DNA of 64,000 nt, taken from the NCBI RefSeq assembly GCF_006345805.1, contig NW_021833029.1:25535-89534 (forward strand), given 5' to 3'. A program made the position numbers and the translations under genes. The notes beneath the pieces are model-generated. The model did no database searches, was not told the origin of the DNA, and worked only from the letters and a program-made list of their open reading frames with translations. Source of the stretch: Octopus sinensis. Its lineage: Eukaryota. Shown here piece after piece: positions 41,823 to 56,310 of this stretch (the first letter of the stretch is position 1; each line of letters begins with the position of its first letter).

Positions 41823-43990
41823 TATATAGTTTCAGCTCACTAGCTGTGGCCATGCTGGGGCACCGCCATTTGGTGTTGCTACATGATTTTACTTCACGAA
41901 TGCTTTTTAGCAATTGCCATTTGGTGCATGAGAGAGTTCGATGCAGCTGCCCTCATCTGCACCTCCTGCCGTGAAGTTGGTTCATCTGGGATACCTGACA
42001 AGAAGAGATCCAGTTTCATTTTAAAAACATCTGCATCCACCCCATGCAGGTCTCTTAGGTTCTTCGGGAGGATATTGAAGAGCTGTGGGTCTCGGAAGCC
42101 CAGGCTATCACAGTATCTTGTCCTACATCTTGATGGCAAATTTGGAGTCCTTGGCACTAGGCAGTGGCGCCCAGTTCTGGCATTTGTGTAACTCTCGATG
42201 CCAAAGTTTGGGACAAGTCCTTCTAGGATCTACCAGATGTATATTATGGCATATCTTTCTCACCTACGCTCTAAGGAATAGAGTCTCAATCTCTTGAGTA
42301 TTTCCCAATAACTTATATGCTGCACAGAGGCTATCTTCTTCGTGTAGCTTCGTTGGATCGCCTCAAGTTCTGTGATTAACTTGACACTGGATGGTGACCA
42401 TAGCTGAGAGCAATAGTCAAAGTGGCTTAGGACAAGTGTCCTCCAGAGGACCATCATGGTTTCCTGGTCTCTTGTTCTGAAGGTTCTAAGAATCCATCCG
42501 GTCAGCCGCCTACATTTCATTGCCAATTTAACAACATGCACATGAAGGTTGCATCATCACTCATGTAAATACCCAGGTCCCGCACTGATGGTGCCTCTGG
42601 GATTGCAGTCCCTCCAGGTCCAGTGTAATTATTGGGTATTGCATTTAGTTTTGCTTGCTGATAGCATAGAGCTTGAAACTTTTCAGCATTGAACTGCATG
42701 CTATTCTTTTCAGCCACTTGTATATTTTGTCCAGCTCACATTGCAGGTGCTTAGTGTCTCAGGTTCTGTATTGCCTGTGAAACTTTTGTATCATCTGCAT
42801 AACTTGTGATCGTGTTCTCTGCGTGGCTGAGGGCATGTCTGAGAGGGCCATTATGAACAGTAGTGGTCCCAAAACAGTGCCCTGCGGAACACCGCTCACT
42901 ATTTGCGTGTTAGTGGAAGTGGCCCCATTGGCTACTACCACCTGACTTCTATCCTTCAGAAAGTCATGAAGCCACCCTCCCAATTTTCCAACTATGCCAA
43001 GATCACGCAGTTTGTGACATAGCATTCCATGATCGACTTTATCAAAGGCCTTTGCAAAGTCGAGATATATGACTTCCACATTTGAGTGGTTGAGCAGTCG
43101 TTTCAGCACCCAGTCATAGTGTTGTAGGAGCTGAGTTAAGCAGCTTCTTCCTGGTCGGAAACCATGTTGAGTGTCAGGCAGCAAGTCATTTTCTTCAAGG
43201 AAGGTGATTAGTTTCCTTCTGACTATTCGTTCCATGACCTTGCTGATGTGTGATGTCAGAGAGATAGGTCTGTAGTTCTTGGCCTCCGCTCTGCTACCTC
43301 CTTTATGAATAGGGCATATTTTACCTTCCTTCAGTTTTCTTGGAAGTTTGCCAGTTTTCTTGGAAGCTCTGAAAGAGGAACTGCAGTGGTCTTGCTAGGA
43401 CTCTCTTACATACTTTTAGAAAGATTGCTGGGAATCCATCTGGGCCAGTAGCTGAGTTTGTTTTCATTTCATCAATAGCCTTTATTACATTGTCTTCCTT
43501 TATATTGATGTAATCAATCATTGCTGCCTCCGATTTTATATCTGCAGTGGTAAAGAAGTCAGTTGGATTGCTGACTTGAAAATGCCCTAGGGGTGGCGTG
43601 AAAATACTCTTGAATTGCTCATTCAGTATTTCATTTACCCTCATTGGATTTCCTGTGAGTGTGCCATCCTTTACAAGGAGTGGCCTTATTCGACAGTACT
43701 CCGTAGCTGTTTCTTTGGCATACCTGTAGAAAGCTCTGGGGTTAGATTTTATGTTGTCTATAGCCCAGGCTTCTTTGTCTGCTCTTTCCTTTTCATGGGA
43801 GAGTTGCAGACATTTTTCAATTTCCAACAGTTTTATTTTCAGGCGGGACTTTTCAATGCTTTCAATTTGTTTGTTTGGGCGATTAGAAAATTTTGTACGC
43901 CGTCTCATTAGAATTTTCCTCTCTCAGGGGATTTTGCTCTTGTGTACAGTGGCCTTTCTCTCTGGGACACATTTATAACATATGGCTTGC
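41823..43990 (-). mobile_element. CR1-clade LINE, 5'-truncated, RT domain plus 3' end
   Basis: SATGPDGFP, QHGFRPGRSCLTQL, YLDFAKAFDKVDH, SGVPQGTVLGPLLF, YADDTKV, YCSQLWSP, LYSLERRR; 3' end GGCGGTGCCCCAGCATGGCCACAGC; frameshifts. Confidence 0.92.
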
Positions 43991-44148
43991 ATGTATATAC
44001 ATATATATGGATATATGGATATAGATAGAGAAAAGTTTATGTATATATATATTGAATGTATACATGTGTGTATGTACGCACTCGTGTATATATATATACA
44101 TATATACATATATACATATATATGGATATATGAATATAGATAGAGAAA

Positions 44149-44181
<33 letters not shown>

Positions 44182-44225
44182 AATGTATACATTGTGTATG
44201 TACGCATTCGTGTATATATATATGT

Positions 44226-44271
<46 letters not shown>

Positions 44272-44776
44272 ATTATATATATGCATACAAAGTTATACAT
44301 ATATTCATAAGTATATATGTATGTATCAAAATAGAAAACAAAATGTCAGTATTTCCCAAAACATTGTTTTGAACAGCTGTTTCCATGGTTTATGTGCAAA
44401 TATTAACAACCATATAATCATTAGAAAATTAATACATAATTATATAGTTAATATATTAATTAATACACATGATTATTAAATTTTTTTCAAGGCATAATAA
44501 TTTTACAGTTAATGGTGTTTGCACTTAAGCCATGGAAACATTTGGAGAACATATAATGAAACTTTGTAATATCATTGAGATCTTTGTTTTCCAGTCTGCA
44601 CTGAGCAATCGTGAGCCATGCTTAAAATATTCTTCTTATAATTATTGTATGAACTAGAGTTATATTAGAGTCTAGCGATATGATATATTATTTTTATTGT
44701 GTTTAAGCACCAATTCAATATATTGAATTATATACATATATATATATATATGTGTGTATCTGTGTGTGGTGTGTAC

Positions 44777-44827
<51 letters not shown>

Positions 44828-44865
44828 ATATATTTTATATATATTATATATATCTATATATATAC

Positions 44866-44912
<47 letters not shown>

Positions 44913-44927
44913 TATATAAATATATAA

Positions 44928-44966
<39 letters not shown>

Positions 44967-44998
44967 TTATATATTAGATATATAATATATATATATAG

Positions 44999-45029
<31 letters not shown>

Positions 45030-45158
45030 ATACATATTTGTATGTATATACTATGTAAGTAATTATTCAGGTATTTTTTTTCAGATTCTTTCAATAGAGA
45101 AAGAGCAAGTTTCTAACTACGATCCAAGATTCCTTCATTGGAATTTCAACATTATGTG

Positions 45159-45190
<32 letters not shown>

Positions 45191-45574
45191 TGTATGTATG
45201 TATGTATGTATGTATGTATGTATGTGTTTGTATATGTGTGTGTAGCCTAACATAGATATACTGTAAAAACGTCATAATACTGTGGTATTCGTCTTGTGAA
45301 AACTTCTTGTATGGACGTATAGAGCTATAAAGCACAGAAGTATCATTACCAGACAGAAAATCCCAGCATCGTCGTTGGAATAGCTAGATCACTTGATTTC
45401 TGCGTGTTTACACGTCATCAGCAGGGGATATCGGCTGTCACCGCATGCTAGCCATTCTTTCGCACCACACTAAAGAAGACGGCAAGTGGTTTATGCACTT
45501 TGAGTTACACATGATCTCCATATATGAATCCAATCACGCGCTCTGTCAAATACGATAGTAACATATACATATAG

Positions 45575-45609
<35 letters not shown>

Positions 45610-45621
45610 GATATATATATA

Positions 45622-45664
<43 letters not shown>

Positions 45665-45679
45665 CTAATATATATGCAA

Positions 45680-45900
45680 GCGGTGTAGTGGAGGCGCAAG
45701 ACTTTACTGTTTACGTAGTTGCACCAGTAATTAGACCCGTGACGTAAGATTGTGGTTTCAATTCATGAACCGGACGATGCGTTCTCTTCTGAGCAAAATG
45801 ACTTCATTTTACATGATGCTCCATTCCTGCGACGGACCGGCGACCTCTCAAGATGAGTAATATACACGCCATTGAATCCGTGAAACCGGCCTTATGAGCG
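45680..45900 (+). mobile_element. Degenerate SINE family 3
   Basis: GTAAGATTGTGGTTTCAATTC...CCGGACGATGCGTT...GAGCAAAA matches 6263-6525. Confidence 0.6.
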
Positions 45901-46161
45901 TAAGATTTAGGAAGGACCTTTTATCCATTGTATATATATATATTTATAGGAAGGAATACAAAAAATGGGACAAGAGCGCACAACATCTAGACAGTTAGAT
46001 GATACGAAAAGGGGACAATAAAAAACAAGGAGGGGGTCATTCGGAGTGTGTGCATATAGAAATGGATTCATATCTGTTCTGTCTCAGTTCTGTATACACA
46101 GATTTTGATTCTGGGTGTTGCTGTTTTTCTTCCTGTATTTATTATACACAGGCTTCTATAT

Positions 46162-46209
<48 letters not shown>

Positions 46210-46570
46210 GATATAGATATATTTATATATATAGATATATATATATATATATATATATACATCCATACACATATATGTATATAAGACATCTCCTGCTAGT
46301 TATAATATGCGTTGTGTGTGTGGTTTGTGAAGAGAGAGAGGGGAGAAAAACGACAGACTTTCGTGAAAATGCAAAACCTGGCCAAAATTTTGAAAATAAC
46401 AAGATTTACCGATATATATTCATGCATATATTCATATTTTGATTGCGTATAAATATACATAAATATATATTTGCGTGTATTATGTGTTTGCATCAGTCAT
46501 ACATATATATGTATACTTACATATATATACATGTGCATATACATATATGATATATATATAAATGTATACT

Positions 46571-46619
<49 letters not shown>

Positions 46620-47023
46620 GTATATATATCTGTATGTATGTATGTATGTAGGTAGGTAGGTAGGTAGGTAGGTAGGTAGGTAGGTAGGTAGGTAGGTAGG
46701 TAGATAAATAGGTAGGTATGCATGTATGTATGTATATATGTATGTATGTATGTATGATGTATGTATGTATGTATGTATGTATGTATGTATCTATGTATGT
46801 ATGTATGTATGTATGTATGTATGTAGTATGTATGTATGTATGTATGTATGAATGAATGTATGTACATATGTATTTGCCAAAATATATAAAGTTATGCCAA
46901 AACCAATGTATGTTTATGTACGAAACAAACATAAACAATCCTGATCACTCTGAAAAGCAGAGAAATATGCATTCTTAAAGCTATACAGATATGTACACAC
47001 AGACGTATATACACATACAGAAA

Positions 47024-47075
47024 CAAGGCGGTGCTCCAGCATGGCTGCAGTCAAATGAATGAAACAAATAAAAAA
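47024..47075 (+). mobile_element. Isolated SINE family 1 / CR1-type tail (extreme 5' truncation)
   Basis: AAGGCGGTGCTCCAGCATGGCTGCAGTCAAATGAATGAAACAAATAAAA. Confidence 0.75.
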
Positions 47076-47192
47076 AATAGAAGAATAATACAAATATATA
47101 TGCATACAGGTGTAGCAACATATATTTTTATATACATGTATACAGACATACAAACATTCATATATTAGAATATATACGTACATACAGATGAT

Positions 47193-47277
<85 letters not shown>

Positions 47278-48055
47278 TGTATGTATAATATATATATATG
47301 TTATACATATGTATTTAGTAAGTTAATCTTATATATGTATATCCATATGCATTTATATGTGTATATATAATATATATGTATACATGATATAGATATACAT
47401 GTCTGTATATATATATGTATATATAGATACAGATACACGCATACATCATACACAAACATGTACACTCGCACATACAAACTTATATATGTATATATATATA
47501 TATATGCATATATGTCATAAAATATACACTACATATACATAGGTCTATGCATGTATATTTATACACATATATATTTCATACATAGAGTAACACAAGTAAC
47601 CTAAGTAATACATACATACACGCGCATGCGTACATACATGCCTACATACATACGTATGTACATACATACGTATGTACATACATACATACATACATACATA
47701 CATACATACATACATACATACATACATACATACATGCATACATACATACTTATTGATACAGAATCAAATTTCAGTAGAACGTTGTTTAGCATGGAACCGT
47801 GCCAACATATCTGCGAAGATTGGTGAGCGTTATGGAATGAGTTTGTAGAAGAACCTGGAGTGAAGAACTCCGATAAGACAAACTCTTCAAAGACACAGCT
47901 GTGTACCGATCGGCCATTATTTTGGCTTTTGTTGATAATTATTGTACATCTTTTGCAAGATTTTTTCTGCAGATAGAAAACAACACTATCGGTGGAATAA
48001 GGAGGAGAAAATTTTTACACACATATATACAATGCATATTAACACGCTTGAATGC

Positions 48056-48115
<60 letters not shown>

Positions 48116-48511
48116 TGATATACTAATATGTTTGTGCATATATATATATATATATATACTAATGCGATCAGATATGCAATGTATGCACTTACACATCCAT
48201 ATGTATGCAAACAAAAACGCATAGAAATGCGTATGCACAAATCACTAACACTTTCCTATATGTAGATGTATGTATATGTGTATGTATATATATATACATT
48301 TATATATATATATATGAATATATATTAGATATGCATATATATACACAATATAAATATATGCATAATATATACACATATACATATATATATATATATACAT
48401 ATATATATGCATATATATATACAAATATATATTTATACATTTATATATATACACCACATATATATGTATATATATAACACACTCACACACATATATATAT
48501 ACATATATATA

Positions 48512-48556
<45 letters not shown>

Positions 48557-48615
48557 TAGTATATTAGATATGCACATTATATATATATATACACATATAC
48601 ATACACACACCACAC

Positions 48616-48662
<47 letters not shown>

Positions 48663-49275
48663 CTGTATGCATATATATGTTTGTATGTACTTCTTCCTTT
48701 CTAACCATACACAAAAAACATAGAAGAATCGAAAAACTAAAAGATGTGCGAAGGAAAAAAAAGTTCTGTTGTATGAAATGCCAACAACAAAAATAACAAC
48801 AACAACAAGGATAGTAACAGAAAACAAAAATAACGCCACCAACAACATCAACAACAATAACAACAACAACTGCAACAGCAAATAAATAACATAAGCTTTT
48901 ATTGTTTTAATAGCAGTGGAGAACACCAATGCTGTAATCAAAGAAAAATCAGGGGTTTGTGGTGTTGGTATGGGTGCGGATAAGATACAATATAAAATTT
49001 AAACAGTACAAAAAGCATTGCATGTGGAAATATTTCTGGTGTTAAGGAAGAAATAAATAATAAGACAATAAAAAATTCTTTGTGTTTAAATATCTATTTG
49101 TAAGTAAGGTTTTATTCATGTTGTATTTCTTCGAACTGCTTGATTTTTTAAAAATTTTATTTGTTCTTGATTTATAAGGGTTGTTTTTTTTTTTCAGAGG
49201 AATAGGGGCAATTTTTTTTTTTATATTATAACGTTATTGCTTTTATTTCTTTTATAAATTTGTGTATGTACGTTC

Positions 49276-49314
<39 letters not shown>

Positions 49315-49386
49315 TATTTCACCCTTTTTCATGTTTGTTAATGTTTTCGCTGTCTGTTTATTGATACTGTGATTTGTTGTTTTTTT

Positions 49387-49421
<35 letters not shown>

Positions 49422-49598
49422 ATATATATATATTATATATATATATATTATATATATATTATAAAGATTATATCTATATATATACCATATATATATATAT
49501 ATATAAAGCAATTTACATATCTATACGCATTCAATGTAATACCTATATCTATATATATTATATATAATATATTATATATATATTCTATATATATAATA

Positions 49599-49637
<39 letters not shown>

Positions 49638-49716
49638 TATATATAATTATATGAATGCATATAAATATATTATGTATGTAAACATAAATATATATTACAA
49701 TACATACATACATATG

Positions 49717-49780
<64 letters not shown>

Positions 49781-50271
49781 TTTTTTATCTTTTAACTTTG
49801 AAAATAGAAATAAAAACACAAGCAGGTCTGCCATTCAGTTCTCTCAGATTTTATTCTGAAGTCGATCTTCGAAAACATGAAGATTGTTTTGATGACGCAA
49901 GGTCTAAGAGTCGTGTGAAAAAAAAAGCGATAGATAAAAGAAGTACTACCGTGACCGACCAACACATGTTGCAAATAAAATATTCTTCAAACAGAAAAAC
50001 GATGCCCTCCCTTTTTCTTTTTCTGTTAATGTTGTTGTTGTTGTTGTTTTTGTAATCGCCGTCGTCGTCGTCGTTGTTGCAAACGGCTTTATATAACAAA
50101 AGTTTGATGATATATCAAAGTTTGTGATATTTTATTGTGTTATATTTATAAATAGCGACGCCCCAGGATAGACACAAGCTCCTACTGAAACCATAAAATG
50201 AAATATATATCTATATATATATATATATATATATAAATATATATTAATATATATAAATATATATAATACAT

Positions 50272-50317
<46 letters not shown>

Positions 50318-51708
50318 TTATATATATATATATATAATATATATATATATGCACCACCCCACCCAATTTATGGTGTTCCTGACTCAGCCAAATTGAACGA
50401 TATTATCGGAAGGTATTGAAATTGTGATGATATTTGACTGATATTTGACTGATGAGAAGTTGAGTATATCCTCGTTCATTGTGTGTATGTAATGTGTGCT
50501 TCTGTGTGTGTGTTTTTCCCTCTTCTCTATGCGCTCATTATATAAGTGTGTGTATGTTTTTTGTTGGGTTTTTTCCTGTTTTTCCGCATATTCCTTTACA
50601 GTTCCCTGAGTCACATTTTTTTTATAATTATTTACTTTATCTCAAAAATATCGTTTTGATTTTTATGCACTCCTTTCGATATATATATATGTTTGGTGTC
50701 CGTGTGTCCATGTGTGTGTGTGTGGGTGGGTGTGGGTATGTGTGTGTATGTGTGTGTGTGTCCGTGTCTGTGCGTGTGTGCATTTATAATATATGTCTTG
50801 TTTGACTTTAGCTATCAGAATGTATAAATGCTTGGACTTCAGTAATGAAGGGAGGCATTGGTGCTTTCTTCGTAATGAACACTTGACCGACAGCTGGACA
50901 CATCTTTTGTACTAAAATAACTGTGCCACATAACTGCACCGGTCACCAACATCGGACGCTGAACGATTAAGTGATGAACAACTTTAGTTCCTTTCCTTCT
51001 CTTTCTCTCTCACTCAGTTTGTATTTATTTGACAATTTTTCTATATCTCTCTGCATCTCGGACATGACCAGCTGGCCGAACCTCTAAAGCTCTGGGATTA
51101 TCTTGAACCAATTACCTCGTCTCTTACAGCACTGCCAGGCGAAAACAAAAGTTCTAATAAATCCCTCTAGGATGCATGGATAAACTTTCTCTTCCCCTCA
51201 GTTCTTAACTAGTGAGCACCTAGAAGCTATCAGACAATCGACTTAAAAACACTTGACATAGAATTGAAGTTGTGTGCATGTGTATGCACTGCAGAAAGAG
51301 AAAGAGAGAAGAGAGAGAGAGAGATTGCACATTTAATAAAAGGCAACATCCCTTGCACACCTAGCGTTGCATAATCTTTGCAGTGAGAAGATCAGCCGAT
51401 AAATGCTCACAACTAAATAAACATGCTCTTTCTAAAAGAAACAAAAGGCCAAACATTCCAGTTTGATCAAATTTTTCAGAGGTCTGAACGTAGTTACCCG
51501 TCGTTTTCACCCAATATTTCGTAGGGTTTTTTTTTTCAGTTCATTTCTGAAAGAGTTTGCTGACTACAAGGTACATGGACATTACAGATGATTCACACCA
51601 CGAGATATCTAACTGATAAAAGTTTTGACCTGCATAGACTTGTATTTTCGTGTTCCAAATTAAAAACCTACAAACTTATTTATCCCGGTTAATTCTTTTT
51701 CTTCTTAG

Positions 51709-51894
51709 TACCTCATGTTCCTCGTATTTAACCGGCACTCCGCTGGTTACAACAACGAATGTTCCAATTGAGCTGATCAACGGAACAGCCTCTTCGGTGA
51801 AATTTACATACAGACATTCGTATCCCAAAAACGTAGCTTTCATGGAGTTCGGCGTGACACAGAGTGTGACAACACTAGCCCCTTTGAAATGCAG
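51709..51894 (+). CDS. Candidate internal host exon (62 codons, phase 2-2), unknown protein
   Basis: Polypyrimidine acceptor TTCTTTTTCTTCTTAG, donor CAG|GTACAA, 186 nt, only one frame open (TSCSSYLTGTPLVTTTNVPIELINGTASSVKFTYRHSYPKNVAFMEFGVTQSVTTLAPLKC); non-repetitive. Confidence 0.45.
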
Positions 51895-52618
51895 GTACAA
51901 CTCATTTTTGCTAGCTGAGTGGACTGGTGCCACTTGAAATAAAGTATCTTGCTCAAAGACAAAATAAGCGAATGGGGGCAACGATCGTCCCTAAATGGTT
52001 GGGGGCATCTCGAAACATAAAACTGATACAAAAGCCAAAAACAAAGACAAAGAAGCCGTAAAGAAAAAACGACGTGTAAAAATCTAAGTGAATATAACTG
52101 CTTGGACCTCTGAAATGAAGGGGGCATTTCTTGAGGCGATAAAATATAAACCAATCACATAGTGAGAGTTGATTCAATCCACAGCATCCGCTCCAAAATA
52201 TAACACTGCAGCAATGTTCAAATTTTAGCAGAGATGTTATTATTTTGGTAGAATCGTTAGAGCGTCGGGCAAAACGTTTTGCAGTATAATTAGACTCCTT
52301 TTCGGTTCAGTCCACCGAGGTCAACTTTGTTTTCATCTTTCTGGGGTCTATGAAATAAAAAACAGATTAATTACTGGAGTTGGAGGTTTCAACCAACCGT
52401 TCCCTTCAAGATTTCTGACCTTGTACCAATTTTCTCACATTCTTGTGCGTTTGTTTGAATTTTGTAAATCATTTTGAACAGGAACACACGTACGCCATCT
52501 TGGTATGGTTGGTATTTGGTAATGATATCTTCACTAACGTTATCGGACGTGTCAAATTTTTTAAACACCAAACTTCTTTCTCTTGTAAATAAAGATGGGT
52601 TGAAATGAGTTTATAATG

Positions 52619-52705
52619 CAGTGATCCCTCGCTATATCGCAGTTCACATATCGCGGTTCACCTATCACGATCCACCTATCGCAGTTCACCTATCGTGGTT
52701 TATTA
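52619..52705 (+). mobile_element. Tigger/pogo-type MITE left end with tandem ~14-bp subterminal repeats
   Basis: CAGTGATCCCTCGCTATATCGC followed by about five TATCGCGGTTCACC-like units. Confidence 0.55.
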
Positions 52706-52764
52706 TTTAATCTTACGTAGATTCCTCTGTGGTGTCGTTTTGCATTTATAATAAAATAGAGGAG

Positions 52765-53052
52765 GAGGAGACCCCTTCGGTCATGAATAACCATGGGATT
52801 GCGCCTAGAAAGTTACCCTCCCAGGCACAAGTCCATGCTAGGTTGTTTGTGGAAGGCCAGCAGTTACCCATGCATACCAGCCTCCGCTCTCCACACCACT
52901 GATGTTATCCAAGGGAAAAGCAAAGGCCGATACAGCTTGGCACCAGTGATCTCGCACTCATTTCTACAGCTGAGTTAACTGGAGCAACGTGAAATAAAGT
53001 GTTTTACTCAAGAACACAACACGCAACCCGATCCGGGAATCGAACTCACAAT
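52765..53052 (-). mobile_element. SINE with family 3-like head/body and a different tail; head truncated by R4-type LINE
   Basis: Minus: GAGTTCGATTCCCGGATCGGG...GTGTTCTTGAGTAAAACACTTTATTTCACGTTGCTCCAGT shared with family 3, then a distinct 3' region. Confidence 0.7.
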
Positions 53053-53975
53053 TTCACTTATCTTGTTGTCAGTTGGGTATGCTATATCTATGATCCAGCA
53101 TAGTTTGTTTTCTTTCTGCATTAAGACTATGTCTGGCTTCCTATTCTCTATCACATGGTCGCACTGAATCATAAAATCCCACAGGATCTTTGCGTTATCA
53201 TTTTCTATGATGCCTTCAGGTTTGTGGTCGTACCAGTGCTTTTCTCCGTCAAATCCATACATGTTACAAAGTGTCCAATGGACAAGCCTTGCTATATTGT
53301 CATGACGTCTCTTATGTTCCTTCTGGGTTAGTGGCGTACATTGGCTGGTAATATGCCATCCGGTTTCACCATTTTGTCCACAGATTCTGCACTTATCACT
53401 TTCTGATGTGTTGTCTACTCTGTATTTTATGTAGTTTGTACTTAGCACTTGCTCTTGGAAAGCACATATTAGAGCCTCCGTCTCCGGTTTTAAATCACTT
53501 TTAGTCATCCATAGCCATCTTTTTTCTCTGTCTGTCTTATTTTCAACAGCCCTATGAAATTGTCCATGCATTCTTTTCTTTACCCATCTATTTTCAGTTT
53601 CATTCGTTTTCAATTTCTTGTATAGTGCTTTATCTTTGCAATCTTTCATCCTACACAATCCTGACCTTCTTACTTCTAATAATAGCGGTTCTGTGGCATT
53701 TTTTAAATACCATGCTATGTTGTTTTCTTCTGCTCAAGTGCTGTGTTCGCATCCAGTATGTCCTCTTCCCTTTCTTTTTCTTGTTATATATATTCTGTCT
53801 GTGTCACTTTTTGGGTGGAGTGTCCCATATCTAGTTAGCAACTTCCTTGTCTTTCTGTCTAAGCTGTTTAGTTAGTCTACTGTCCATGTGCTTACCCCTG
53901 CTCCATATCTAAGGAGTGAAACCTCCCAGGTGTTGATAGCTTCGGTCTTATTCCGTCCGTTTAATTTCGACTTAA
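53053..53975 (-). pseudogene. R4/Dong-type LINE fragment (post-RT region, CCHC, REL endonuclease)
   Basis: CRICGQNGETGWHITSQC, RHDNIA, WDFMIQCD, RKPDI...IIDI. Confidence 0.85.
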
Positions 53976-55035
53976 GTATGGCGAAGTGGGGGACAGAACT
54001 GACAGCATATGGAAGAGGTTTAGGGACAATAGAAATCAGGAGAAGCATCTTCCAAGAGGACTGCCTGTCCCCACTGATCTTTGTACTGTGCATGACACCA
54101 CTAACACTGATTCTGAGGAAAGCAAAAGGTGGGTATGTATTCAAAAGTCACCAACAAAAGGTCAACTACTTGTTATTCATGAATGACTTCAAACTTTATG
54201 GTAGAGATGAATCCCAAGTCAATTCCCTCGTTGATATGGTGTATACCTTCAGTGCTAATACCAGAATGGAGTTCGGATTGAAAAAATGTGGTGTGTTAGT
54301 CTTGAAGAGAGGCAAAATCAAATGCATGGGCTAACAATACCGTAGGGGAGGTTATCAAGCAGATAGAAAAGGCGGGCTAAAAGTACTTTGGGATATTGAA
54401 AATGGAGAAATTGGAGAAAGAAATGACAAAAAAACTTTAAAGTGGCGTTCTTGCGCAGACAGAAAGACAAGGAAGTTACTAACTAGATATGGGATACTCC
54501 ACCCAAAAAGTGACACAGATAGACTGTGTGTACCAAGAAAAAGTGGCAGAAGAGGACTTATTGGATGCGAACACGGCGTTAGAGCAGAAGAAAACAACAT
54601 AGCATGGTATGTAAAAAAATGCCACAGAACCACTATTATTGGACGTAAGAGGGTCAGGCTTGTGAAGGATGGAAGATTGCAAAGAGAAAGCACTGTACAA
54701 GCACTTGAGAATGAAGGAAACTGAAAATCGGTGGATAAAGAGAAGGATGCATGAACAATTTCATAGGGATGTTGAAGATAAGACAGAGAAAAAAGACGGC
54801 TATGGATAACTAAAAGTGTTTTATAACCGGAAACGGAGGCTGTAATCTGTGCTGCCCAAGAGCAAGCACTAAGAATGAATTACATCAAATGCAGAGTAGG
54901 CAACACATCAGAAAGTGATAATTGCAGGATTTGTGGACAAAATGATGAAACCGTGTGGCATATTACCAGTCAAAGAATATAAGAGACGCCATGACAACAT
55001 AGCAAGGTTTGTTCATTAGACACTGTGCAACAAGT
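53976..55035 (+). pseudogene. R4/Dong-type LINE fragment (RT motifs to CCHC), inverted relative to 53053-53975
   Basis: IFQEDCLSPLIF, LLFMNDFKLY (YMDD-type), EFGLKKC; 54450-55030 is an inverted diverged copy of ~53260-53860. Confidence 0.85.
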
Positions 55036-55050
55036 ATTATTATTATTATT

Positions 55051-55109
<59 letters not shown>

Positions 55110-55157
55110 AGTTGTTGTTATTATTATTATTATTATTTATTATTATTATTATTATTA

Positions 55158-55740
55158 GGTTCAAGCAAATTTCTACCTCATCATCTGCTACACCTTCGTG
55201 TTGCTGGGGTATGTGCAGTATTGTGTGTACTTCTCTGTTGTCGGGAGAGTGCAAACTCTCATTGGTATTGTATTACGTCAGTGTGTTTTTGTTATGGGTT
55301 CTAGTTGCAGCCTCTTGTTTTATTTGTGTTTATATTGTGTGATCTATGTGTAATGCAAGTTGTGCTCTTCTGTTGAGTATCCAGCCTGTTGGTGGCTGTT
55401 TATTTTATTGGATACTTGCTGTATAGAGTGTGTTTTGTGTTTGTGGATTATTTTGAGTTGTTTTATTGAATTAGTGTTTTGCATAGGGTGTTGGCTGTTC
55501 CAAGCAGGGCTACTTTTTGGATAGCATATACTGTTGAGGATCCAGATATAGCTTCTACGTTTTTGTCCATACGTTTTCTTATTATGCCCAATGCTCCAGT
55601 TATTACTGGTATTGTTTTCACCTTCATGCCCCACATCTTGAATACCTTAATTTCAAGGTCTTTGTACTTCGGTAATTTCTCCATTTCTTTTTGGGCAATA
55701 TTTTGGTCAGAAGGCACTGCAATGGCTATCAGTAAGCAGG
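55158..55740 (-). mobile_element. 3' end of R4/Dong-type LINE ending in (TAA)n
   Basis: KYKDLEIKVFKMWGMKVKTIPVITGALG...IQKVALLGTANTLCKTLIQ*, ~300-bp 3' UTR, then (TAA)n. Confidence 0.8.
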
Positions 55741-56021
55741 TGTTTTTGTTGTTTTTGTTGTTGCTGTTGTTGTTGTATTTCTTTCATATTCTCTGACATG
55801 TTATTCTATGTTTATTGCAAAACAAAGAACGTTTATCTTCTTTAACTTGCAGGTTTTATATTTAATATCTAATATAAATGAGATGACATTTTCAACGGGG
55901 GCAGCATGAGGAGGTAGGGTAGGAACGGCTTGGTTAGATTGGTGTTGGAAAAGAGAAGTGGCGGTGATGGTGGTGGAGGAGGCGTGGTGGTGGAGGCGAT
56001 GGAGAAGAATCAAATAGAGTA

Positions 56022-56024
<3 letters not shown>

Positions 56025-56057
<33 letters not shown>

Positions 56058-56077
56058 TAATAATAATAATAATAATG

Positions 56078-56119
<42 letters not shown>

Positions 56120-56176
56120 TAATAATAATATAATAATATAATAATAATAGTAATAGTAATAATAATAATAATAATC

Positions 56177-56218
<42 letters not shown>

Positions 56219-56270
56219 TAATAATAATGATATATGATACTAATAATAATAATAATCATAAAATATAATG

Positions 56271-56307
<37 letters not shown>

Positions 56308-56310
56308 CAG
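56025..56310. repeat. (AAT)n microsatellite
   Basis: Direct observation. Confidence 0.95.

Noticed and set aside
47775-47822. 48-nt AG...GT segment (ERCLAWNRANISAKI) as an exon
   Set aside because: Strong donor but poor polypyrimidine tract, and phase 1-1 does not connect to the other candidates; could be chance.
51676-51981. 101-aa minus-strand ORF
   Set aside because: Its start lies in a degenerate SINE remnant (51900-51965) and the rest is antisense to the better-supported plus-strand exon candidate.
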